A stretch of 64,000 nt of DNA from Oscillatoriales cyanobacterium SM2_2_1 (GCA_012031145.1 JAAUUH010000004.1:182-64181), one strand, 5' to 3'; positions 18,639-28,747 are shown, numbered from the stretch's first letter. A program made the numbers and translations. The notes: a model not told the origin generated them from the sequence alone.

Positions 18639-19601
18639 CTAGCCGCGGGTGAGGTTGAGCAACTCCTTGGGGGAAGCTAACAGGTCGATCGCCACAAAGA
18701 AAATCTTATTGCCGGGGCTGATCAAAAAGCGCCAAGCTATATTCATGCCCACATTAGCCCCAAACCAGGGGGTTTGCACCTTGCCGGTGACCTTCACTTG
18801 GGTGTAGCCCCCTTCGGCGGGTTCCGTGACGCCACGCTCGGGCAGCAGGCGCAGGTTTTGGCATTCCTCCCTAAAGAAGCGGAGGATGGCATCCTTGCCA
18901 ATGATCGGGCGTTGGAAGGGGGGTTGGAGGGCTCCATCGGGGGCGAATAGCTCGATGAGCGCCTCAAAGTCGTTGGCGTTGAGATTATTCATGTAGTCGA
19001 ATACGGTGACATTGGTGACACCTTCGATCGCCACTTTGGTACGCTTGGAGGCTTCTGTCGGGGGAACCACTGGCTCTGCGACCCGGGTGTAGGTGCCCAT
19101 TTTGTTGGGATCAAAGCCCATATCCAGCACCATGTTGCGCAAAACGGTGATCTGCTGTCCCGATTCTAGGTCTTGCACGGCTTTGAGCACCGCGGCGGCA
19201 TTGGCCGAAAGTTCGTAGCCAGCGGGGATGGGGGCGACAATTTTTTGATCCATCCATTCGCCCAACTGATACCAGAAGCCGAGTTTGATATTGGGAGACC
19301 AAATGGCATAGGTGCGGCAGATGGGGGTGTCGGCGCGGTTGGCCAAGTCGCACATGAGTTGGGTTTGTTCCTTAAAGGACATCTGCCGGATTTGGTTAAG
19401 GGTAGGTTCGGCAAGAACCATGCTGGCGGCTCCGGGGGCGGCAACGGTGATGGTTTTACCCATTTCTAAATAGGCGAACCAGATCAGGGCCAGTTGATCT
19501 TCAGTATTGAGTTGGTTGAAACGGGCGATCGTGGCGGGTACGGTGTCGGCGGTCAGGGTAGAGGGGAAAATCGAACGGGCTGTATCTACGGTGAAGGTCA
19601 T
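18639..19601 (-). CDS. orange carotenoid protein (full length, NTD plus NTF2-like CTD)
   Basis: 320 aa, about 80 percent similar by eye to Synechocystis OCP (TIARFNQLNTEDQLALIWFAYLEMGKTITVAAPGAASM...GMNIAWRFLISPGNKIFFVAIDLLASPKELLN). Confidence 0.95.
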   Translation of the reverse strand: MTFTVDTARSIFPSTLTADTVPATIARFNQLNTEDQLALIWFAYLEMGKTITVAAPGAASMVLAEPTLNQIRQMSFKEQTQLMCDLANRADTPICRTYAIWSPNIKLGFWYQLGEWMDQKIVAPIPAGYELSANAAAVLKAVQDLESGQQITVLRNMVLDMGFDPNKMGTYTRVAEPVVPPTEASKRTKVAIEGVTNVTVFDYMNNLNANDFEALIELFAPDGALQPPFQRPIIGKDAILRFFREECQNLRLLPERGVTEPAEGGYTQVKVTGKVQTPWFGANVGMNIAWRFLISPGNKIFFVAIDLLASPKELLNLTRG

Positions 19602-19828
19602 AGGGCATTGTGTCTAAGTTATTTTACTTATAGGTCAAAGTGTGTCACCAGATCATCACCAAAGGGAATATTTTCTAAAGAATCGCCAAGGGGGATGGTC
19701 ACGGGCTTTCCCTGGGATTCTAGGGCACCCGAGGGGTCTAAGTTGCCTAGGGAACTGCGGGTTAATTGGGTTTTGGGGAGACCTTGGTTTTATGATGGGA
19801 GCACCCACGATTATCCCGCCTAGATCCT

Positions 19829-22432
19829 ATGCTCGCTGAATATCGCACCCATGCTGCCGATCGCCAGTCCCAAGGCATTCCCCCCCTGCCCCTTAGTGCG
19901 GCTCAAACCGCGGCCCTGTGTGAGCTATTGCAAAATCCCCCCGCAGGTGAAGAGGAATTTTTACTAGCGTTACTACGCGATCGCATTCCCCCTGGTGTGG
20001 ATCAAGCTGCCTATGTCAAAGCAGGATGGCTAACAGCGATCGCCCGGGGAACCAGTCACAGTCCTCTCCTTACTCCAATCTTGGCGGTGGAATTGCTGGG
20101 CACCATGGTGGGGGGCTATAACGTGCAGGCGTTAATTGAATTTTTGTCCATTCCCCAGCTGGCGACCACGGCGGCAGCGGCATTAAGTAAGACGCTGCTG
20201 GTATTTGATGCCTTTCACCAGGTTTGGGAACTGTCCCAGGGGAATGGGGCGGCGCAGCAGGTGATCGCAGCTTGGCGAGATGCCATTTGGTTTACCGATC
20301 GCCCGCCCCTGCCGGAGGTGATGGCGGTGACGGTGTTTAAGGTGTCTGGGGAGATTAATACCGATGATCTATCGCCAGCCCAGCAGGCGGCTACCCGTCC
20401 CGACATTCCGCTCCATGCCCTGGCGATGTTGGAAAGTCGCGCCCCAGGTGCCCTAGAGATGATCGCCCAACTGCGGCAATCGGGGAAAATAGTGGCCTTT
20501 GTGGGCGATGTGGTGGGCACGGGTTCGTCGCGCAAGTCGGCAATCAATTCTCTGCTGTGGCACATTGGCCGAGATATTCCCTTTATTCCCAACAAGCGAT
20601 CGGGCGGGGTGATTCTGGGCGGGGCGATCGCCCCGATTTTCTTTAACACCGCCGAGGATGCGGGAGCCTTACCCATTCAATGCGATGTTAGCCAACTGGA
20701 AACGGGACAAGAACTATTGATCTATCCCCGCGCCGGGCGGATCACCGATCTTGCTGGTACCGAGCTTGCTTCCTTCACCCTTGCCCCCGATACCCTTAGT
20801 GATGAGGTGCGGGCCGGCGGGCGGATTCCGTTAATCATTGGTCGCAGCTTGACCGATCGCACCCGTCAGACCCTAGGTTTGCCGCCCAGTGAGGTTTTCC
20901 TCCGTCCGTTCCCGCCCACCGATGATGGCTCTGGTTTCACCTTAGCCCAAAAAATGGTCGGTCGGGCCTGCGGACTATCCGGCGTTCGCCCCGGCACCGC
21001 CTGTGAACCGCTCATGACCACCGTTGGCTCCCAGGACACGACGGGGCCCATGACCCGGGATGAATTACAGGAGTTGGCCTGTTTGGGTTTCAGTGCCGAT
21101 CTGGTGCTGCAAAGCTTTTGCCACACCGCCGCCTATCCTAAGCCGACGGATATAAAGACCCACCATGAACTGCCCGACTTTTTTGCCACTCGCGGCGGCG
21201 TGGCCCTCAGGGTGGGAGATGGCATCATTCATTCTTGGCTGAACCGGATGTTGCTACCGGACACAGTGGGCACAGGGGGGGATTCCCACACCCGCTTCCC
21301 CCTAGGAATTTCGTTTCCTGCGGGCTCCGGTCTGGTGGCCTTTGCCGCGGCCTTGGGTGTGATGCCCCTAAACATGCCAGAGTCGGTGTTGGTGCGCTTT
21401 ACGGGCACCCTCCAGCCCGGAATCACCCTGCGGGATGTGGTGAATGCCATTCCCTATGTGGCGATTCAAAAGGGACTGCTGACAGTGGACAAGAAAAATA
21501 AAAAGAACGTGTTTGCCGGTCGGATTATGGAGATAGAAGGGCTGCCTGACCTGAAGCTGGAGCAGGCCTTTGAACTTACCGATGCCACGGCGGAGCGCTC
21601 CTGCGCTGGCTGCACGATCGCCCTTAGTGAAGCAACCGTAGCCGAATATCTCCGTTCCAACGTCGCCCTGATCAAAAACATGGTGGCGCGGGGCTATCAG
21701 GATGCCCGCACCCTATTGCGCCGGGCGGACCAGATGGAGGGATGGCTGACCGATCCGGTGCTGTTGCGGGCCGATGCCAAGTATGCCGAGATTCTGGAAA
21801 TCAACCTCCATGAAATCACAGAGCCCATCGTCGCGGCCCCCAATGACCCCGACAATGTGAAACTGCTGTCCGAGGTGGCGGGCGATCGCGTGGATGAAGT
21901 CTTCGTTGGTTCGTGCATGACCAACATTGGTCACTATCGCGCCACGGCTAAAGTTCTGGAGGGGGCGGGCAGTGTCAAAACCCGCCTCTGGATCGTGCCC
22001 CCCACCCGCATGGATGAAACCCAGCTTAAGGAGGAGGGCATTTACAGCATCTTTGGCGTTGCGGGGGCCCGCACCGAAGTGCCTGGCTGCTCCCTGTGCA
22101 TGGGTAATCAAGCCCGGGTCGGCGATGGAACCACGGTCTTCTCCACTTCCACCCGGAACTTCAACAACCGCATGGGGAAAGACGCCCGAGTTTATCTGGG
22201 CTCTGCCGAACTAGCGGCCGTTTGCGCCCTGCTTGGACGCATTCCCACCCTTGAAGAATATCGGGCGATCGCCGCCGAAAAAATCGACCCCAATGCCGGT
22301 GAACTCTACCGCTATCTCAACTTTGACCAGATCCCCGGCTTCATCGACCAAGGCCGGGTGGTTCCCCTGGAGGAGGTTGCGGGCATGATTAGGGGCTCGG
22401 GAGATGTCTTGCCAACTGCTCCAAAAAGTTAG
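19829..22432 (+). CDS. acnB: aconitate hydratase B (bifunctional aconitase 2 / 2-methylisocitrate dehydratase)
   Basis: 867 aa. AcnB-type N-terminus (MLAEYRTHAADRQSQGIPPLPL...), GGDSHTRFP, and Cys ligands in VGSCMTN and GCSLCMGNQARV. Confidence 0.95.
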   Translation: MLAEYRTHAADRQSQGIPPLPLSAAQTAALCELLQNPPAGEEEFLLALLRDRIPPGVDQAAYVKAGWLTAIARGTSHSPLLTPILAVELLGTMVGGYNVQALIEFLSIPQLATTAAAALSKTLLVFDAFHQVWELSQGNGAAQQVIAAWRDAIWFTDRPPLPEVMAVTVFKVSGEINTDDLSPAQQAATRPDIPLHALAMLESRAPGALEMIAQLRQSGKIVAFVGDVVGTGSSRKSAINSLLWHIGRDIPFIPNKRSGGVILGGAIAPIFFNTAEDAGALPIQCDVSQLETGQELLIYPRAGRITDLAGTELASFTLAPDTLSDEVRAGGRIPLIIGRSLTDRTRQTLGLPPSEVFLRPFPPTDDGSGFTLAQKMVGRACGLSGVRPGTACEPLMTTVGSQDTTGPMTRDELQELACLGFSADLVLQSFCHTAAYPKPTDIKTHHELPDFFATRGGVALRVGDGIIHSWLNRMLLPDTVGTGGDSHTRFPLGISFPAGSGLVAFAAALGVMPLNMPESVLVRFTGTLQPGITLRDVVNAIPYVAIQKGLLTVDKKNKKNVFAGRIMEIEGLPDLKLEQAFELTDATAERSCAGCTIALSEATVAEYLRSNVALIKNMVARGYQDARTLLRRADQMEGWLTDPVLLRADAKYAEILEINLHEITEPIVAAPNDPDNVKLLSEVAGDRVDEVFVGSCMTNIGHYRATAKVLEGAGSVKTRLWIVPPTRMDETQLKEEGIYSIFGVAGARTEVPGCSLCMGNQARVGDGTTVFSTSTRNFNNRMGKDARVYLGSAELAAVCALLGRIPTLEEYRAIAAEKIDPNAGELYRYLNFDQIPGFIDQGRVVPLEEVAGMIRGSGDVLPTAPKS

Positions 22433-22482
22433 TTCGGAATCCAGTAAATTAGCTCTGCTCACCGGACACTAAAAAGTCGGTC

Positions 22483-23021
22483 ATGAAAGAGTCAACTGCT
22501 GAAACCATCGGCTCTCTGGGATATTTCGGAATTGGTTTTCCCATGGTTTTAGAAAATTTGTTCCCCCCATTCCCTCGGAGTTGATCATGCCCTGGCCGGC
22601 TTTACCGCATCCCAGGGCCAACTAACTATGGATGGGGCCATCCCTGCTGGTGTCATTGGCACAGTTTTAGGAGCCTATCCTTGGCATTACATCGGCAAAC
22701 TTTTCGGTGAAGAACAAAAGAACATCTAAGCCGCTGGCTCGAACGCATGGAAAATGGTTGGGCACTTAGGGCACAGAAATTGACAAATCCAGCCTGTGGT
22801 TCCAAAGGTACGGCATTGCGGTCTTTTTCTTTGGTCGTCTTGTGCCAGGAATTCGCACCCTTATTTCTATTCCGGCGGGGTTTAGCGCCATTCCCCTGCT
22901 TTCATTTACGCTCCCGCTGGTAGCCTGGGCTAGCCACTTGGTCTTTGCTGGCTCATTTTTAGCGGAAAATCGCGAAATCGTAGAGCGCTATATTGATCCT
23001 ATTGCTAAAGTCGTGAGGTGA
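22483..23021 (+). pseudogene. DedA/SNARE-associated family membrane protein, multiply disrupted
   Basis: DedA-like segments appear in three frames (VLENLFPP / IPSELIMP / AGFTASQGQLTMDGAIPAGVIGTVLGAYPWHYIGKLFGEE / RWLER / GKWLG-stop-GTEIDKSSLWFQRYGIAVFFFGRLVPGIRTLISIPAGFSAIPLL...). That is at least 3 frameshifts plus one in-frame TAG, and no ORF of 60 aa or more survives. Confidence 0.8.
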
Positions 23022-23104
23022 AGCCAACCCTCCTAGTCGTGGGCTTTGGTCTTTGGCTTGGCATTCGGTTTTGGCGCAATCGCGCAGCTTTTTAGGTCTG
23101 GGGG

Positions 23105-24109
23105 CTAGGCCACCACGGAGACGCGCTCGCGGCTAAGGGCCTGCTCCACCAAATCACCGAGGGCGTGGATAAAAATGGGATGGCAGTCGAGGGCTGGCAC
23201 CCGCTCAAAGTGAGTGATTCCGACTTGGTGGGCCACTTCCCGGTATTCCATATCTACTTCTTGGAGGGTCTCAATGTGCTCGGAAACAAAGCTGATCGGC
23301 ACCACCAGCAGGTTGCGAATCCCCCGTGCCGCCAGATGGGCGATCGCCTCTTCGGTGTAGGGCTTGAGCCATTCCACCGGCCCGACCCGACTCTGATAGG
23401 CCAGGGTGTGGGCACAATACACGTGATGGTGTTGACGCAAATATTCCATGATCAGATCGACGCAATTTTCCATCTCGATTTGGTAGGGATCGCCGTATTG
23501 GGTGACGTACTTAACGGGCACCCCATGGGCACTAAAGAAAATATGGGCCGGGGATTCAAAAGCCGCTAACTTTGTCACAATCAGATCGGCCATCGCTTGG
23601 ATGTAGCCCGGATGGTGATACCAAGAGGGGATCGTCAGCCGCTCAATTTGCTCTAACGCCCGATCCTTTTGCCAGAGTTGATCAAGGAGCTTCAAGCTGG
23701 AACCACTAGTACTGATGGAATACTGGGGATAGAGGGGCAAAACAACCAATTTGGTAATGCCATCCTTTTGGATCTGGGCGATCGCCTCGTTGGTGAAGGG
23801 GTGCCAGTAGCGCATAGCCACATAGACATTGGCCGCAATTCCCCGGCGCTGCAAGTCGTTTTCCACTGACTCCGCCTGTTCTTGGGTAATGCGTCGCAGG
23901 GGAGAACCGCCCCCAATCATACGATAATTTTCCTGAGTTACTGGGGCTCGACTAGCAGCAATCAGGGCCGCCAGGGGCTTCTGCAAAAAAGGAATGGGAA
24001 TGCGAATGATCTCCGGATCGGAGAATAGGTTGTACAGAAAGAGGTAAACGTCCTCAAGCCGTTCTGGCCCCCCAAGGTTAAGAAACAAAACACCAATTTT
24101 ATCTGCCAT
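23105..24109 (-). CDS. hemH: ferrochelatase, catalytic domain only (no C-terminal CAB helix)
   Basis: 334 aa ([34 protein letters not shown]...MRYWHPF...[15 protein letters not shown]...[13 protein letters not shown]). It ends ...[15 protein letters not shown]. Confidence 0.9.
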   Translation of the reverse strand: MADKIGVLFLNLGGPERLEDVYLFLYNLFSDPEIIRIPIPFLQKPLAALIAASRAPVTQENYRMIGGGSPLRRITQEQAESVENDLQRRGIAANVYVAMRYWHPFTNEAIAQIQKDGITKLVVLPLYPQYSISTSGSSLKLLDQLWQKDRALEQIERLTIPSWYHHPGYIQAMADLIVTKLAAFESPAHIFFSAHGVPVKYVTQYGDPYQIEMENCVDLIMEYLRQHHHVYCAHTLAYQSRVGPVEWLKPYTEEAIAHLAARGIRNLLVVPISFVSEHIETLQEVDMEYREVAHQVGITHFERVPALDCHPIFIHALGDLVEQALSRERVSVVA

Positions 24110-24252
24110 GATCTTAAAAGTTAATTAAAAATTATTGTCACAACTATTGTTAAACCTGTTGCAAAAACGATTGTTGCCTAACATCGAATCCCTTACTTAG
24201 CATGAGTTCGTGTAACTATTAGGAATAATTCGCAAACTAGCTTTACTATAGC

Positions 24253-24642
24253 CTAGTCCTCGGGGCAATGGGTTAGCCAAAAGCGAACCCGCTCCTCAAG
24301 TAGATCAATATCTAGAGGTTTGCTGAGGTAATCATTGCAGCCGGCGCTGAGGGCCGCCTCCCGATCGCCCTTCATGGCATGGGCAGTAACGGCCAAGATG
24401 GGAATGTGGGCCGTGCGCCCATCGGACTTTAGCCGTGTAGCCACCTCCCAACCATCAATTTCCGGCAAGGATAAATCCAGCAAAATCAGGTCGGGCTGGT
24501 GACCAGCAAGCCACAGTAGGGCTTCCGCGCCATTGGTAACACAGGTGAGGTTAAACTCTGGCGGGGCAAAGACCTGTTCAATGAGGGCGCGATTGTCAGG
24601 AGCATCTTCGACCACCAAAATCGAGGGACTAGCTGCGGGCAT
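24253..24642 (-). CDS. single-domain response regulator (CheY-like receiver)
   Basis: ILVVEDAPDNRALI...PDLILLDLSLPEIDGWEV...ILAVTAHAMKGD...YLSKP. ATG 24642 overlaps the upstream gene by 14 nt. Confidence 0.85.
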   Translation of the reverse strand: MPAASPSILVVEDAPDNRALIEQVFAPPEFNLTCVTNGAEALLWLAGHQPDLILLDLSLPEIDGWEVATRLKSDGRTAHIPILAVTAHAMKGDREAALSAGCNDYLSKPLDIDLLEERVRFWLTHCPED

Positions 24643-25585
24643 AGGCTGCCAGGGGCTCTTTGATGAACTTGATGTACAAGTGCTTGAAGGTCGATTTGAC
24701 CACGCGGGGGAACCCAAAATCGATGGGAATCAGGTGATCGGGTAACTTCCAATCCGAAATTTGCAGATCGGCAAGGTCTGCTCCGGCGATCGCAATGTCC
24801 CCCAAGTCCGGCCCATAGCCCAATTCCATGCCTAGGGCCACCGTAGGAACTCGCTCCGGTGGCACACCCAAAAGTTCCACCAATACCCGATCTAGGGCAA
24901 ATACATCGGCTGAAGCCGCGAGAACTCCCAAAAAGCGGGGCTCTCCGCCACTGGGGCCGTTGCCCTCATGCCCCACAATGCCATCGGCGATCGTCAGTTG
25001 GGGGTTAATGGCCTGGGCTGTCTCCAGCAACATCTGGGCAAATAACGGCGGATTTTTTCCCAGTTCCATATGCCACCACGCCTTCATTTTGCCCGGCACA
25101 CAGCCAAAGAGATTTTTGACCCCCAGCGTTAGGGTGAGCTGCATATGGGACTTTACCTTGGGCAAGTTAATCACCACATCAGCGCCCATAGCCTCCTTAC
25201 TCAGCCGCAAGTTGGCGATCGCCCCTCCATTGGCATAGCGATCGCCACTGAATTCCACCAGTGGTAGGTGCAACTCTTCTGCCACCGCCAAGAGACCATT
25301 GGCCTTGGCCACGCCCCGGGCCGAGCCAAAAGCTGGGCTATCTCCCAAAAATGGGTTTCCCCCCACAGCCAGAACCTGCTGTGCCACTGCACGCACCAAT
25401 GCGGGACGGGTGGTGCATTCCTTGGTCGGTCGCGCCCCCGTCAGTAGATTGGGCTTCAAGAGCACCCGATCGCCCGGACGCACAAAGGTCGCCATGCCGC
25501 CCATTGGTGCCAAAAGCTGGGTGAGGGCATCATCAAGATAGGCTGGGTCATAATTAGTGCTGCGGTGCAGGCTAACAAGGGACAT
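24629..25585 (-). CDS. DUF362 domain protein
   Basis: FVRPGDRVLLKPNLLTGARP...VINLPKVKSHMQLTLTLGVKNLFGCVPG matches the DUF362 pattern as I remember it. Confidence 0.7.
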   Translation of the reverse strand: MSLVSLHRSTNYDPAYLDDALTQLLAPMGGMATFVRPGDRVLLKPNLLTGARPTKECTTRPALVRAVAQQVLAVGGNPFLGDSPAFGSARGVAKANGLLAVAEELHLPLVEFSGDRYANGGAIANLRLSKEAMGADVVINLPKVKSHMQLTLTLGVKNLFGCVPGKMKAWWHMELGKNPPLFAQMLLETAQAINPQLTIADGIVGHEGNGPSGGEPRFLGVLAASADVFALDRVLVELLGVPPERVPTVALGMELGYGPDLGDIAIAGADLADLQISDWKLPDHLIPIDFGFPRVVKSTFKHLYIKFIKEPLAAYARS

Positions 25586-25868
25586 AGGCTTAAATGTTGC
25601 AAGAATCTTCAGCCACTATACTGTGATTTTTCGGCGACGAAGCTTGCCCGCTTCCCAGGAGGCAGTCGTGATCGCGAAGATTTGGCGTCTTCTGGGAATG
25701 CCGATGCTAGGGCGCGATGTGGTGGGGATGAAAAGAAAAAGTTGCATCGGCGTTGCCGATCGCCCTAGAAATCCCCCTCCCTACTAGGGCAGAGCTTGGA
25801 GATGGGGGTATTGACCGTGGCTTAATGGCGCGGCAGGAGCCGAGCCCCATTAAGGAGCTGTTATCCTT

Positions 25869-25901
25869 AGCAGTCAAATAGCAGTCAAATAGCAGTCAAA
25901 T
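25869..25901. repeat. perfect 3 x 11-bp tandem repeat (AGCAGTCAAAT)
   Basis: Read directly from the sequence. It is intergenic, between the DUF362 gene start and the argJ end. Confidence 0.9.
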
Positions 25902-26026
25902 GTTTGTGGGGCGAGAGATCCAGCCCCTAGCCTAAAAAATTTGACAGGCGCAGCACCGCTTATCCCACAAGGCTTCTAGCTTGAATTGAGGATGCGCGCC
26001 CTAGGGATCCGGACTGCTGGAGAGGG

Positions 26027-27202
26027 TCAGGTGGTGTATTCAGCATTAATGCGCACGTAGTCGTAGCTGAGGTCGCAGCCCCAAGCAATGCCCTGCCCCA
26101 TACCGGAGCCCACGCTGACGTGAATCTCTACCTCCGTTCCCCTAAGGTAGTCGCTGGCCGCCGTGCGGTCAAAGGTTAGGGGTGTACCCATCCGCATCAG
26201 TTCGAAGGGGCCCAGATGAATCCCCAGGGACTGCGGTTCAAAGGAAACTCCTGCGCGGCCGGCCGCCGCCGCAATGCGCCCCCAGTTGGGGTCACGCCCA
26301 AAAACAGCAGACTTCACCAACGCAGAACCAGCAATGGTGCGGGCAATTTGGCGAGCGTCAGTGGCATCTTCTGTTCCCGATACTTTAATGGTGACCAAGC
26401 AGGTGGCCCCCTCTCCATCCCGGGCGATCGCCTTGGCTAGCGCCACGCAGACTTCGGTGACCATAGCCTCGAGTTGGGCCGGGGGAACCATAACACCCGT
26501 AGCGCCATTGGCTAGGGCTAAAACCATATCGTTGGTGCTGGTATCGCCATCGACGGTGATCTGATTGAAACTGGCATCGGCGGCCCGTCGCAGAAGCGAT
26601 CGCCAAGCTTCTAGCTCCACCGCGGCATCGGTAGTAATAAATGCCAGCATCGTGGCCATGTTGGGATGAATCATGCCTGAACCCTTAGCCATACCACCGA
26701 CGGTGACAATCTGCCCCTGGATCTCAGCGGAGACAGTATGCACCTTAGGGATAAGGTCGGTGGTCATAATCGCCCGGGCAGCGGCTTCCCCCCCCTGTTC
26801 TGAAAGGGCAGCGATCGCCCCTTGAATGCCGATCTCCATTTTGGGCATATCCAGTTGCTTCCCAATGACGCCAGTGGAAGCCACCAGCACCCGGTCATCA
26901 CTCCCGAGGGCGGCGGACACCCAATTGGCACAGGTGACAGCATTTTGCCAACCCTGGGCACCGGTACAGGCGTTGGCTTGACCGGCATTGCAGAGAATAG
27001 CCCCCACGGGTTGATGGGTCGATAGCACCTCTAGGTTGTAATCGACGCAGGCGGCGCGGGTTACGGAGGTGGTGAACACTCCAGCCGCGATCGCCGCTGG
27101 TTCCGACACAATCAAAGCCATATCAGGGGTTTGGGAGGGCTTTAGTCCGGCAGTAATCCCAGCAGCACGAAATCCCTGGGGAGCGGTCACACCTGTGGTC
27201 AT
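26027..27202 (-). CDS. argJ: bifunctional ornithine acetyltransferase / N-acetylglutamate synthase
   Basis: VTAPQGFRAAGITAGLK...GMAKGSGMIHPNMATMLAFITTDA (autoprocessing ATML site)...SYDYVRINAEYTT. Confidence 0.92.
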   Translation of the reverse strand: MTTGVTAPQGFRAAGITAGLKPSQTPDMALIVSEPAAIAAGVFTTSVTRAACVDYNLEVLSTHQPVGAILCNAGQANACTGAQGWQNAVTCANWVSAALGSDDRVLVASTGVIGKQLDMPKMEIGIQGAIAALSEQGGEAAARAIMTTDLIPKVHTVSAEIQGQIVTVGGMAKGSGMIHPNMATMLAFITTDAAVELEAWRSLLRRAADASFNQITVDGDTSTNDMVLALANGATGVMVPPAQLEAMVTEVCVALAKAIARDGEGATCLVTIKVSGTEDATDARQIARTIAGSALVKSAVFGRDPNWGRIAAAAGRAGVSFEPQSLGIHLGPFELMRMGTPLTFDRTAASDYLRGTEVEIHVSVGSGMGQGIAWGCDLSYDYVRINAEYTT

Positions 27203-27253
27203 GGATTCGACTCGAGCAACAGAATTAGGTCATTGTACCAAGTCCCATGGCCC

Positions 27254-28375
27254 CTACTGCCGCAGAACCAAGTAATACAATTCCCCGTCATGGTTCATTA
27301 CTCCAGAACGCCGCTTGGCTTCATTACCCGTGCCCATAAACACATCCACCCGCCCAGCTCCGCGGATGGCACTTCCCGTATCTTGATCCAGCACAAATCG
27401 ACTGATGCTGCGAAATTCCTGGCCCATGGGCAGTTGGGTGCGAATCAGAGCCAACCCTCCCGGAGGCATCAGGGATTTATCCGTGGCAATGGAGCGCTCG
27501 GCGGTTACTGGCACCCCAATGCTCCCCGTGGCGGGGCTACCGTTGGTTTCCCGAAAGAAGATAAAGCTTTCGTTCCGCATTAAATAGGTGCTTAGCTCTT
27601 GGGGACGGCGTTCAAAGTAGGCAATCAGGGCGGGCAGGGTCACCTCTTCTAGGCGCATCTTGCCATCTTTGACCAGTTCGCGACCAATGGAGGTATAGGT
27701 GCGATCGGTTTTGCCGCCAAAACCCACGGTCATCACCGTGCCATCGGTGAGTTGCAGGCGCGCCGAGCCTTGGATGTGGATTAAAAAGGCTTGGAGTTGA
27801 TCGCGCAACCAGACTAGCTCTAGCCCAGACAGGAGGTTGGATTGCTCCAGCATGGCCCGAGGAGGGTGGGGCGATCGCCACTGGGCAAAATTTGGCGGCA
27901 AACGATACAGGGGAAACCGATATTCCGCGGTTCGCACCCGACTTCCTGGATATACGGCTTCGTAATAGCCCGTAAACTGCACCGTCCCCTTGCCATCTAA
28001 CCCAATGGACTGGTAAGCCACAAACTCCCGCGCCACAGCCCGTTGCAGATCCGCTGCTGTGCGGGAAACTTCCACCAAGCGCCGAAACCGCACCAGCGAT
28101 CGCTCCATCCGCTCCCGGGTGATCCCAGCCACGGGATAGCGCCGCGCCGCCGATGGGGTTCTGATAAACCTCAGACTGTGATCGACGGCCCCGAGCAATG
28201 CGGACCGATCACCCTCAAACCGATCATCAGTTAATCCAGCTAGAAATGCCGAAGAAGGCACGGGCATTAGGGCAGGCATGGTCTGCAGCGATACCCACTG
28301 GGGATGGGCGATCGCCACATCGGGAGGCAGCGACATGGGCACCGCTGCAATCAAAGACCACCACAAACCAATCAA
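27254..28375 (-). CDS. murein transglycosylase A (MltA)-like protein with 3D domain
   Basis: FTGYYEAVYPGSR...HIQGSARLQLTDG...SIATDKSLMPPGGLA...RFVLDQDTGSAIRGAGRVDVFMG. TTG start at 28375; ATG 28336 is the alternative. Confidence 0.8.
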   Translation of the reverse strand: MIGLWWSLIAAVPMSLPPDVAIAHPQWVSLQTMPALMPVPSSAFLAGLTDDRFEGDRSALLGAVDHSLRFIRTPSAARRYPVAGITRERMERSLVRFRRLVEVSRTAADLQRAVAREFVAYQSIGLDGKGTVQFTGYYEAVYPGSRVRTAEYRFPLYRLPPNFAQWRSPHPPRAMLEQSNLLSGLELVWLRDQLQAFLIHIQGSARLQLTDGTVMTVGFGGKTDRTYTSIGRELVKDGKMRLEEVTLPALIAYFERRPQELSTYLMRNESFIFFRETNGSPATGSIGVPVTAERSIATDKSLMPPGGLALIRTQLPMGQEFRSISRFVLDQDTGSAIRGAGRVDVFMGTGNEAKRRSGVMNHDGELYYLVLRQ

Positions 28376-28737
28376 GACTGAATCCGCCGCAACTCTTCCT
28401 GCAACTCCGCTACGCGCTGCCGCATGGCTTCTAGGTGATCCGAGTCATCGGATTTGGAGGTGGGGTGATCATCCTCAATGCTGATGGTTCTTGGGGCATT
28501 GGCGGTAGAGGCATTGGTCTGATCGGGCATCGGTTTTTGTTGCCGCATAAGGTCATCTACAAAGCGCCTTGCTTCCTCCGTGGTCATCTCCCCGCGTTCC
28601 ACCAATTCTTCCGCTAGCTTGGTGGCTTGGGTACGGAGTTCGGCTAGGGTCTCCCCTGCCTTTTCCCCCGCCATGGAGGCTAACCCCATCCCCAAATAAA
28701 ATGCCTTTTGCACGATGCCTTGGAACGGACTACTCAT
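28372..28737 (-). CDS. phasin-like (COG3937-type) helical protein
   Basis: MSSPFQGIVQKAFYLGMGLASMAGEKAGETLAELRTQATKLAEELVERGEMTTEEARRFVDDLM. The start is at ATG 28737, preceded by AGGTGG. Confidence 0.5.
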   Translation of the reverse strand: MSSPFQGIVQKAFYLGMGLASMAGEKAGETLAELRTQATKLAEELVERGEMTTEEARRFVDDLMRQQKPMPDQTNASTANAPRTISIEDDHPTSKSDDSDHLEAMRQRVAELQEELRRIQS

Positions 28738-28747
28738 GGGTGGCCAC

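Noticed and set aside
23020-23105. Search for a frameshifted CAB-helix coding segment downstream of the hemH stop
   Set aside because: All three minus-strand frames were read. None contains an E-x2-N-G-R-x-A-M-like helix, and the space before the dedA remnant is too short.
25869-25901. Short tandem repeats (3 x 11 bp here; 2 x 10 bp at 46582..46601), considered as CRISPR remnants
   Set aside because: The units are directly adjacent with no spacers, are far shorter than CRISPR repeats, and no cas genes are present.
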